A DNA stretch of 55,163 nucleotides from an uncultured Clostridia bacterium. GTDB taxonomy: Bacteria > Bacillota > Clostridia > Christensenellales > Borkfalkiaceae. Numbering within the stretch: position 1 is the stretch's first letter; every line of letters starts with the position of its first letter. Under the pieces are notes generated by a model, which saw nothing but the letters and a program-made list of their open reading frames with translations, was not told the DNA's origin and searched no databases. The stretch lies in the NCBI GenBank assembly GCA_945917475.1, contig CAMEHL010000001.1:1-55163 (forward strand). The letters are read 5' to 3'. Of the stretch, positions 34,370 through 42,865 are shown piece after piece. The position numbers and the translations under genes are program-made.

Positions 34370-35452
34370 CTATTTTATATTTTCCGAAATCATTTCTTCG
34401 ACGGAAAGCACCCTGTATCCGTCCGGACAATTTTCCTTTAACAGTTCGTATTCCGCGGGATTTTCCGTAACAAGGGTTTTGCAATCCATATTTTTTGCGT
34501 TTTCCCACCTGTTTGCGGCGACCTTGCTTTGAACTTCCTTCATATATTCGTTCATAATCAAATGTCCCGCAAGATTCGTCTCCTTGCCATTCAAAAGCAT
34601 TTCTTTATTTACGCCGACTCTGTCTACGAGTTTTCTTACCGTTTCGCTGTCGTCTAATTCTCTCGAATAAGCATAGTTGTCTTGCACGGTGTATGCCTTA
34701 TCCGACTTTACGACGTTTAGTTTTCCGCTGTCTATAAGGTCGATAAGAAAGGCGTTAAAACCGATTATTTCGGCTTTGACGGTAACGCCCCACTCCGCCC
34801 ACTCTCTTTTTATGAATTTCAAGTCGACGGGGTCGTATACGACGACCTTTTCGTATCCGTTAATAATTTCGGCACTTTGCTCTGCACTTTGCTTGGTGTC
34901 TGCGGTTTTTCCCACCAAGAACCATAACGCCGAACCCGTTGAATTGCTCTTTTCGTTCAAAGTGAAATTCACGCCTGCCTTTTTTAACAATTCGCAGGCG
35001 TTCTTAACACTGTTTGCACTTTTATACAAAGCGTCTTGGCCGACTAAAAATAAAATGTTCGACTCTCTGTCGAAATATTTTTTCAAACTTTCGTCATACG
35101 GTATTCCGTATACGTTACCCGTTTGTTGATACTTGGTCAATAAATCCTTAATATACGGCGGAATAACCCCGTTTAAAACAGCGTCCGCCTTAACTTCCTG
35201 AATAAATATTTTCGGGTCCCAACCCGTTATACAGTTATTCGTACAAGCACCGCAAAGGGAACACTCATATATATTGTCGATAATATCGTCGATTTTTTCC
35301 GCACCGCGAACAACTACCGACGCACATAAAGCCCTTGCTCTTGCCGTATTCCTTTCCTGTCCCGTTGCGTTGCCGATAGGACAAATATGTCTACACATTC
35401 AACAAAATCTGCACGAATCGATTTGTTGCTTTGCTTTTTCGGAAATATTCAT
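34370..35452 (-). CDS. GlcF/GlpC-like (Fe-S)-binding subunit with CCG-type C-terminal region; carries an in-frame TGA at 35401-35399
   Basis: AAGGAG RBS 9 nt before ATG 35452. MNISEKAKQQIDSCRFC-TGA-MCRHICPIG completes CxxCxxCxxxCP only if the TGA is read through. The second cluster is CSLCGACTNNC. The track ORF starts at the Met just after the TGA. Confidence 0.75.
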
Positions 35453-35465
35453 TTTGCCACACTCC

Positions 35466-36890
35466 TTATAAACCTAATTTAAACGGATTCATTATTCCGT
35501 TCGGGTCGAGAGATTTCTTTATCCCTTCAAATACTTGCATCGCAGGTCCGTATTGTTCCTTCATAAGCCTTCCGAGTTTTATCCCTACCCCGTGGTGATC
35601 GTTTACGACACCGCCGTTCGCTATCGCTTCTCTCACGCCTACAGTCCAGATCTTGTTGTGCAATTTCATCGCTTCGACGGGGTCTTCGGGTACGTATTCT
35701 TTATCTACGATAAACCTGTCGTAAACCATACAACCCCACTCGTACCAGTGAGAGAAGTGCGCTATGAATTTAACGTGCGGGAAAGTGCTTTCAATCTTGT
35801 TTTTCATTGCCCAGTAAATCTTTTCTATTTTATCGTAGGGCGCAATGGTATCCATAGTGCCGAACATTTGCGGTAAATCCATCATATGCCCGGGATAGAA
35901 AAAGGTAATTTTTTCCTTCCACCACTTTTCACCGTATTCACTGCCCAAGTCTTCCGCACCGTATTTGGAAAAAGTATCGAGTAAAATCTTTTCTTCAACG
36001 TCCACTAATTCCTTAACGCCTTCGTAAGCGACGTTCATAAACGCGCCGGGTTTTTCCACGCCGACGATTTTCTTTATCAAACTTGCCGTTTCGGCATTGT
36101 CGTATAATCTCATAACAGAAGGCTTGAATTTTTGGAGAATTTCTCTCGATGCCTTAAACGCAGACGACATATCCTTAAACAAAAATCCCCTGAATCTTCT
36201 CACTTCCGGCTGTTCGTATATTCTGATTTGCGCCTTCGTTATAACCCCGAGCGTTCCTTCAGAACCTATAAAAATTTGATTTAGGTCGGGACCTGCGGCA
36301 TGCTTCGGCGCGTTTGAAGTGTTAATTATATCGCCGTTTGGCAAAACGACTTCCATAGACAAAACCATATCGTCTATTTTGCCGTATTTAGTAGAAACAA
36401 CGCCTATTCCCCTGTGTGCCAAAAAACCGCCGACGGTAGAACAGGTAAGCGAAGACGGATAGTGCATAGTCGCGTATCCCTTTTCGTTTGCCGCCCACTC
36501 GACGTGCTTATAGATAGCACCCGTTCCGCACTCTATATACATAGAATCTGTATTGACTTCGTAGATTTTATTCATACGTTTGGTATCTAGAATTATACCG
36601 CCCGCAACGGGAAGCGCACCGCCTTGCGTGCCACCGCCCCCGCCCCAGGTCGTTACGGGGATTTTATAGTAATTCGCAATCTTTAACACCTTCGACGTTT
36701 CTTCCGCGTCTTTCGGCGAAACAATATAGTCCGCTTCGGGCATTCTCCTACCCCTGTCCGCCCACATACGTGAAAGCCAAAAATAATCTACGCTGTGCGT
36801 GAGTTTATCTATTTCCTTCACCGAGCAATTTTCTTCTCCTACCGCGTCTTCCAACTCGGTTATAATTTGTGTCTGTAAAAATTCGTTCAT
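35466..36890 (-). CDS. FAD-binding oxidoreductase (GlcD / D-lactate dehydrogenase / alkyl-DHAP-synthase-like, FAD_binding_4 + FAD-oxidase_C)
   Basis: ...PVTTWGGGGGTQGGALP..., ...GPDLNQIFIGSEGTLGVITKAQIRI..., ...VMRLYDNAET..., ...HHGVGIKL.... 474 aa. Confidence 0.9.
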   Translation of the reverse strand: MNEFLQTQIITELEDAVGEENCSVKEIDKLTHSVDYFWLSRMWADRGRRMPEADYIVSPKDAEETSKVLKIANYYKIPVTTWGGGGGTQGGALPVAGGIILDTKRMNKIYEVNTDSMYIECGTGAIYKHVEWAANEKGYATMHYPSSLTCSTVGGFLAHRGIGVVSTKYGKIDDMVLSMEVVLPNGDIINTSNAPKHAAGPDLNQIFIGSEGTLGVITKAQIRIYEQPEVRRFRGFLFKDMSSAFKASREILQKFKPSVMRLYDNAETASLIKKIVGVEKPGAFMNVAYEGVKELVDVEEKILLDTFSKYGAEDLGSEYGEKWWKEKITFFYPGHMMDLPQMFGTMDTIAPYDKIEKIYWAMKNKIESTFPHVKFIAHFSHWYEWGCMVYDRFIVDKEYVPEDPVEAMKLHNKIWTVGVREAIANGGVVNDHHGVGIKLGRLMKEQYGPAMQVFEGIKKSLDPNGIMNPFKLGL

Positions 36891-36944
36891 TTTATACCTC
36901 TGAAATATCCTTTATGTTCGTTTCTTTTGACCCTTTTTCCGTTA

Positions 36945-36972
36945 ATGATATAAAAACGTCTACTTTTTGCAA
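36945..36972 (-). promoter_or_regulatory. Candidate internal promoter ahead of the catabolic block
   Basis: On the minus strand: TTGCAA (36972-36967), 16-nt spacer, TATCAT (36950-36945), in the only sizeable intergenic gap (132 nt) of the gene train. Confidence 0.3.
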
Positions 36973-37022
36973 TAGTCTATTTTATCAAAAGCGCACGTTG
37001 TGATTATAAACCGTTTGTTCTT

Positions 37023-38897
37023 TTACTTAAAAAAAAGATTGAAATAATAGACGGGAAGTGCCGACCAACCGTGACAAAGGCTTCCCGCACCCAAAAAGTC
37101 TTCCGCGCCTTTAATCGTTTCCCAACAAGTCGTTGCGCCTTTATCAATCATGTATTGATACTTTTCGGTTATATCCTTCAAAACGTATTCTTTATATCCC
37201 GAATTGCATTTTAACATTGCGTCGTAAACAAAACCTATCATGGGAAGTGATACCTTAACGTCGCATAAAGATCCCGCTATATCTTCGACAACCTTTTTGT
37301 CGCAATCTATTCCCGAAAGATACACAAGCCCGTTTCCGAGTTCGGAGTTCAGCGAAGTATTTTCGTTTAACACGTATCTACCGTTTTTATTAAACCGTTC
37401 CCTGACTTTCGATGAAAAATTTTCGTAGTCGAAGGAAAATTCAATCTTCCTTATTCCGCAAAGTTTTTCATAATATCTCATTGCAAGAACGAAAAACGAA
37501 TTTAATAACAGGCTGTATTCCGTTTTATATCCGTCGTTGTTTTTTCTGCCTATTTCCGTTTCGTTGTTAGACTCTTCCGTCCACTCGAAAAAATTCCAGT
37601 ACGGATACGGGAAATTCGGAATCAACCCGTTTTTATCTATCCGATTAAGATATTCTCCGATTATTCTCGTTAAAACTTCAAACACTTCGTCTAAAACGGT
37701 TTTGTCGCCGGTATGTTCAATATACTCGTAAACGCAAATTATAAAACATAGCGAGAACAACGGAATTGTCATTTTTTTTGAAGTGTGCGCCGTGATGGAA
37801 AGCAAATCGTCATCTCTTATCGACTTTGAAATAGTAACGATATTCGCACGTTGATAATCGTTATTGTCAAAGGTATAATATCCGCAAAGCATTTGATTTC
37901 TGCTGTCCATAACGTACATGGATTGCTCCCGCCACGGATTGTCTTCGTAATGGTCGTGTGCGCAGAGTTTCAACGCGTTAAGACAAATATCGTATATGTT
38001 TTTATATTTTGCGGGCAAGTTCGGAAGGGGATTATTCTTAAACGGATACGAAACTTCTCTTATGCCGACGTATCCATTATAAATCGGATATTCGCTCTCG
38101 ACCTTTAAGTATCTCAAACCGAGTCGCAAAAACATGTTTTTATAAACGTTACGACCTTTTTTTGCCCTGTATTCAAAACTGAAATCCCTGATAGCAACGT
38201 GCCTTTGAACGTCGCTTTCTTTATTCAAATGTTCGGAATACGAAAAAGTAATCACCTGCACTTTGTCGGAATAAAAATCCAACTCGATATAGCCGACTTT
38301 TTCATCTCTCAAATCAAATATGGAAAATGGTAAATCCTTTTTATGTAATTTTCCCAAAACGAGTTTCTCAACGGGTCTATAAGCCACGCACTTCTCTTTT
38401 GTAACGACTTTCGACTTTCCGTATTCCGTTTCGGCTTTCGTAGAATCGAATAAATAACTCAAACCTATTTGAGGAGTTATCCACTTTCCGTATCCGTTTT
38501 TATAGTAAGGGTTTATTCTCGACAGAGTATCTTCTCCCGACTTTGAAATCACAACGCCGTCTTCGAGTACAGAATAAATAAATCCCGGATTCGAGAGAAA
38601 ATTATTCGACGAAGCAACGCCCTGATACCATACGGTTACTTTAAGGATATTTTCCCCGTTTTTGCAAAAACGGGTAATATCCTTTCTTTCCGCTATTTTG
38701 TAATGTGGCAAATCGGGATATTGACCGAAGTCTATCATATCCCCGTTTAGTTCGGCAACGTAGTTCCCGTCGCAAGATAAAACCATTTCGGTTTTCTTGC
38801 CGTTAAAACGGAAGGGAATATAGAAATCCGCATAACTATCGGAATCGTTTTTGTCAACCCAAATCCACTGTGAATATTGTAAATCTAACAAGTCCAT
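37023..38897 (-). CDS. GH78-like alpha-L-rhamnosidase-type six-hairpin glycosidase, cytoplasmic
   Basis: N-terminal SQWIWVDKN...ADFYIPFRF...VLSCDGNYVAELNG (rhamnosidase N-domain pattern). C-terminal TTCWETIKG...GSLCHGWSALPVYY. Confidence 0.75.
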   Translation of the reverse strand: MDLLDLQYSQWIWVDKNDSDSYADFYIPFRFNGKKTEMVLSCDGNYVAELNGDMIDFGQYPDLPHYKIAERKDITRFCKNGENILKVTVWYQGVASSNNFLSNPGFIYSVLEDGVVISKSGEDTLSRINPYYKNGYGKWITPQIGLSYLFDSTKAETEYGKSKVVTKEKCVAYRPVEKLVLGKLHKKDLPFSIFDLRDEKVGYIELDFYSDKVQVITFSYSEHLNKESDVQRHVAIRDFSFEYRAKKGRNVYKNMFLRLGLRYLKVESEYPIYNGYVGIREVSYPFKNNPLPNLPAKYKNIYDICLNALKLCAHDHYEDNPWREQSMYVMDSRNQMLCGYYTFDNNDYQRANIVTISKSIRDDDLLSITAHTSKKMTIPLFSLCFIICVYEYIEHTGDKTVLDEVFEVLTRIIGEYLNRIDKNGLIPNFPYPYWNFFEWTEESNNETEIGRKNNDGYKTEYSLLLNSFFVLAMRYYEKLCGIRKIEFSFDYENFSSKVRERFNKNGRYVLNENTSLNSELGNGLVYLSGIDCDKKVVEDIAGSLCDVKVSLPMIGFVYDAMLKCNSGYKEYVLKDITEKYQYMIDKGATTCWETIKGAEDFLGAGSLCHGWSALPVYYFNLFFK

Positions 38898-38909
38898 ATT
38901 TCTCCACGG

Positions 38910-40820
38910 TTATTGATTTTCCCATAATTCGTCAAAACTATCCGATATTTCGGTTTCCTCAAAAATGTATTTTAACGCACTGTTGTTTTTATATCTTCTG
39001 ATTAAATAATCTTGTTCGTCCACCTTAAAGAAGTCGAACATTTCTTGCACGGTTTTAAAAGGCGTGCTTGTTATAACTTCTTTTTTATCGATGTATTGAA
39101 GTTGCTTTTGAACCAAATCAATCGAATCGGAGCAAACTATATACAAGCCGTCCGCTTCGGCAAACATCGAATCCATCATAAAGCAAAGCCCCGCGGTCTG
39201 CCCGTGTTCGTTATAAGTCGTCCTGTAATTTATAACCACGTTTTGAACGGATACGCCCTGCGATAATCTGTAAGCCAAAACGCCTTCTATACAACTTGAA
39301 CCCGAAAACGCGTCTATGCAAAGATTTATAAGTTTGGTGTTCGTTAAGGTGTGTGCGATAATTCCGCGAACGTATTCCTTTGCGTCCTGTCCCGATCCGA
39401 ATCTTGCCGTCATCTCTACGTTATATAAAGATAAATTCTGAACGACCGCACCGTTACAGGAGTAGAAAATACCGCCCGTCATTTGCCCGAGTTTCATGTT
39501 CGTAATCTTATGTCCGTTTCCGTCGAGTATTCCGCTGAAAACGTTTTGATTGCCACGCGTAAGCAAGCCGAAGTCTTCTATATCGGTTGCGAGAACTATC
39601 GTTTCATCCGTTGCGACGGAAAGGATTTTTTCAAAACTGCTTGCATCAAAGCATACGAAGTCAACCACTTTAACGCTGATTAAATAGCCGTAATCGCTGT
39701 TGCAAACCTTCCACACGAAATCCCCTTTCGCAAGGTTATTAACCCCGAGAGAACCTTCGTTGTAAAACAAATCCACGTCCGCACCGCTTACTATCGCGCT
39801 GACAGTTTTTATTTCTTTACCGTCGAAAATGTCGTAGTTGAACGAAAGGTTGTCTTTCCCTATCTTCTTCGCTTCTACTTTTTGACTGTCTTTCCAGTTA
39901 TCAACGTAATATATATCGCTATTCCTTTCGTCGCTTACGGGAAATGCTATTTTTACGTTTACGTTACAACTGTAAGTCGAGTCTTCAAAATCGTAACAAA
40001 CGTTTACCGTCGTATATTCGTCAACCGTTTTTCCGTTTGTGTTTAACGCGGTAAAGGTGTGTCCGCTTCTCGACAATAACGTTTCGTCAAATTCAAAATA
40101 AGTCTCCGCACCAACAACCAAATCGTCGCCATTATAAACGGAAATACCGCTTATATCAAAGGAAGTCTTTCCGCCAAGTACGTCGCTTTTTTCTATGGAG
40201 AAATCGTATTCGTCAACCGTAACGGTGATATTCTCAACAACCCTTACGGTTACCACCTTGGTTATTTCCTTATTAAAGAAAACATTTTTGATGATTATGC
40301 CCGCTTCCCCGGGTTTTATTGCGGTTACCTTGCCGTTGCCGTCTACGCTTATGCAATCGCTGTCCGTTTCAAAGGTAAACACGGCGTTTTCAACGAGTTT
40401 TGAAAAGTAGAGTTTGGGAACGACCACGAATTCGTCGTTTACGTATAAGTTGAACTCGTCTACGTTGGTTGCGATATACGGTTTTACTTCGTTTTCCACA
40501 ACCGTTACTTGACAACTCGAAGTTAATTCTCCGCATTTTGCAACGATGGTAGTCGACCCGACCGACAATCCAAAGACGTATCCCTTATCGTCTACCGTAA
40601 CGATTTGTTCGTTCTCCGAAGTGAAGGAAACGTTTTCGTAATTCGTCGACATGAGATTAAATCCTTCGTATTGACACAAAGTATAGGAATTGTAATTTAA
40701 TTTCAGGTTTTCTTTTTTCGGATCTACGGGATTATTTCCGTTGCAGTTACAACCGCCGAAAATTACCGCCATACAAGCGAAAAACAGTACAGTTAAAACC
40801 GTTTTAAAAGTTTTTCTCAT
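38910..40820 (-). CDS. Surface lipoprotein with Big_2 Ig-like domains and a parallel beta-helix (GLUG-like) region
   Basis: Start MRKTFKTVLTVLFFACMAVIFGGC (lipobox). VTVDDKGYVFGLSVGSTTIVAKCGELTSSCQVTVV is Big_2-like. FSGILDGNGHKITNMKL...VVQNLSLYNVEM is a beta-helix repeat pattern. Confidence 0.8.
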   Translation of the reverse strand: MRKTFKTVLTVLFFACMAVIFGGCNCNGNNPVDPKKENLKLNYNSYTLCQYEGFNLMSTNYENVSFTSENEQIVTVDDKGYVFGLSVGSTTIVAKCGELTSSCQVTVVENEVKPYIATNVDEFNLYVNDEFVVVPKLYFSKLVENAVFTFETDSDCISVDGNGKVTAIKPGEAGIIIKNVFFNKEITKVVTVRVVENITVTVDEYDFSIEKSDVLGGKTSFDISGISVYNGDDLVVGAETYFEFDETLLSRSGHTFTALNTNGKTVDEYTTVNVCYDFEDSTYSCNVNVKIAFPVSDERNSDIYYVDNWKDSQKVEAKKIGKDNLSFNYDIFDGKEIKTVSAIVSGADVDLFYNEGSLGVNNLAKGDFVWKVCNSDYGYLISVKVVDFVCFDASSFEKILSVATDETIVLATDIEDFGLLTRGNQNVFSGILDGNGHKITNMKLGQMTGGIFYSCNGAVVQNLSLYNVEMTARFGSGQDAKEYVRGIIAHTLTNTKLINLCIDAFSGSSCIEGVLAYRLSQGVSVQNVVINYRTTYNEHGQTAGLCFMMDSMFAEADGLYIVCSDSIDLVQKQLQYIDKKEVITSTPFKTVQEMFDFFKVDEQDYLIRRYKNNSALKYIFEETEISDSFDELWENQ

Positions 40821-40822
40821 AA

Positions 40823-42856
40823 TTAAATTTCCCAATCGTCCGTAATCAAACCGCCTATATTTCCACTTTCCGCAAGCATGGTAAGTCCGGTGAGATTAAC
40901 GTCGTTTTTAAATTGCAGTTTGTATTGCAATGCGTAGTCGCCCAAATCTTCGCTATAATTCGTAACAAGAAGATAATATACACTCAATCTTTCCATCGCT
41001 ATATGCTTATACAGCGTATTATACAAATACTTATCGGTTTCCTTTAAGCCGTCTATTTTCGTAAGTGCCTTATCGTATAAAGAAAGCCAGTTTAAGAGAA
41101 CACCCATAGGCCAGTATTCGGGTTTTGCAATATCTGTGGTATAAGCCGTTCTGTCCGGATTGTAACCTTTATCTTCGGCAATCATCGCTTGCGCCCTGAA
41201 AAGATTGAAAATATTAAGCATTTCGGTTTCGCATACACCGAAATAGTTTTTGAAAAATTTATTTAAATAGTAATTGTAATCGATATTGCAATTCCAAGCG
41301 AGTTTACTGTCCAAATAAGTTCTCAATATCATCCAGCCCGTTGCACCGACCGTTTGGTTGTGTTGTCCCTGACTGAATATCCAGTCCGCACCCTTATTGA
41401 AATAAAGGCGATAATTCGCTTGTTGGGAATTAAAGGTATTTAAGGGAATCATATATCCCCTTGCCGAAGGGCTGTAATTTGCCGAATACTGCCAAACAGA
41501 CATAGCACTGCAAATCTCGGACCAAACGCTTATGTTGTCGTATTCGTCCTTATTCACCACGTCCGTCATAGGCTTTAAGTAATTCGCGAATATAGGCGCA
41601 TATAAAACGTACGTTTGAACGGTTACATCCCCCACCTTTTTGTTAAATCCCTTTATATCGGTGGGTTCGTTTTTACCCGTCGCCGAATTAAACTTCATGG
41701 GTGCTTTTTCATAAGAGTGATACGCCAAAAATCCGACTTTCAAATCTCTTTTATATTCACTGCCTTCCGGCGTTTCAAACCAAGCGGCAATCTTTTCGGC
41801 GAGAACGTTACACATCAAAACGACGCTTGCCGAATCCGCACCGTATTTTTCCTTATTCACAATGCACGCGGAACAAGTACAAGCACCGAAATCGTCTTGC
41901 ATTGCCAAAGAGATAATATGGTTTTTCTTATCTCTCATAAGGTTGAACTTCATAACGGAAAAAATTTCTTCAACCATTTCGTCGTATTTCGCACTATCAC
42001 CGTGCGCCGTATAACACAACTGCGCGGGATAATTGCTTTTTCTGGACGAATTTTGATTCGAGAACCACTCGGGTCTGTAATGCTCGGTATCGGAAGGGTT
42101 GAGATAATATTCGGGTGGCAAATAATAAAAACTGTTATGCTGACTCAAACTTTTGGTGCTTCCGATTTTTTCGGGATTTTGGATATAAACTTCGTCGTAG
42201 CAAAAGTAATCGTTATATCTCATCCTTCTCGCAAGCGTAGTGCTGTCCCACAAATATCCCATACTCGGAATTCTGTAAGCAAAATCCGGAACGTCGGTTA
42301 TGTCGTATTCCATTAACTTTAATTCCGAAACACCCGTATCTATATAATAGCAGTCCGTATAGAAACAATCGTAGTTAAAAAGGTTTTCGAGTAATACGTA
42401 AACGGAAAAAATCGTTCCGTCGTCTTCTCCGCCACACAAGAACACGGTATTTCCAACCGTTTTGATTTTTACACCGTCCCTTCCCAAAACGCTTTTTTCA
42501 ACGGCAACGTTTGCCGAACTCAACAAAGAAGTTCTGCCGATTGAAAAATACTTATCCTTTTCGTTATAAGTCAGTCCCGTATCCTTTATAACGGGCAACG
42601 AAAATCCCGTTGCGTCCTTAAAAAAGTATCCGAATTCTTCACTTGCGAAAACTTCGTCTTCGCTTGCATTTTCGGGAATAACGATTTTATATCCGCACTC
42701 GCCAGATTTCAATATAAAGTTTTCAGTATCCTTAACTTCTTTTTCGTGAGTGCCTTCCTTCTCTTTCGTTTCTTCCTTTTTCGTACCGCAACCGAAAGAT
42801 GCCGTACAGGATAACAGCAATATCACAGATAATAATAAAATAAAAACTCTTTTCAT
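40823..42856 (-). CDS. Lipoprotein, DUF4838-like (GH20-related fold) putative glycan-active enzyme
   Basis: ATG at 42856 with an AAGGAG RBS. Lipobox LLLSC. YKIVIPENASEDEVFASEEFGYFFKDATGFSLPVIKD...FSIGRT...GVKIKTVGNTVFLCGGEDDG resembles the DUF4838 N-terminal pattern. This is from recollection, not a search. Confidence 0.7.
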   Translation of the reverse strand: MKRVFILLLSVILLLSCTASFGCGTKKEETKEKEGTHEKEVKDTENFILKSGECGYKIVIPENASEDEVFASEEFGYFFKDATGFSLPVIKDTGLTYNEKDKYFSIGRTSLLSSANVAVEKSVLGRDGVKIKTVGNTVFLCGGEDDGTIFSVYVLLENLFNYDCFYTDCYYIDTGVSELKLMEYDITDVPDFAYRIPSMGYLWDSTTLARRMRYNDYFCYDEVYIQNPEKIGSTKSLSQHNSFYYLPPEYYLNPSDTEHYRPEWFSNQNSSRKSNYPAQLCYTAHGDSAKYDEMVEEIFSVMKFNLMRDKKNHIISLAMQDDFGACTCSACIVNKEKYGADSASVVLMCNVLAEKIAAWFETPEGSEYKRDLKVGFLAYHSYEKAPMKFNSATGKNEPTDIKGFNKKVGDVTVQTYVLYAPIFANYLKPMTDVVNKDEYDNISVWSEICSAMSVWQYSANYSPSARGYMIPLNTFNSQQANYRLYFNKGADWIFSQGQHNQTVGATGWMILRTYLDSKLAWNCNIDYNYYLNKFFKNYFGVCETEMLNIFNLFRAQAMIAEDKGYNPDRTAYTTDIAKPEYWPMGVLLNWLSLYDKALTKIDGLKETDKYLYNTLYKHIAMERLSVYYLLVTNYSEDLGDYALQYKLQFKNDVNLTGLTMLAESGNIGGLITDDWEI

Positions 42857-42865
42857 AATCACTCC

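Noticed and set aside
35399-35401. UGA reassignment (code 25 UGA=Gly or code 4 UGA=Trp) as the explanation for the in-frame TGA, attractive because Gly is the consensus residue at this position
   Set aside because: TGA functions as a genuine stop at sensible gene ends elsewhere in the window. Examples are the ATGA overlaps at 13999-14002 and 29921-29924, and the stop at 49688 followed by an RBS. Global reassignment is therefore untenable.
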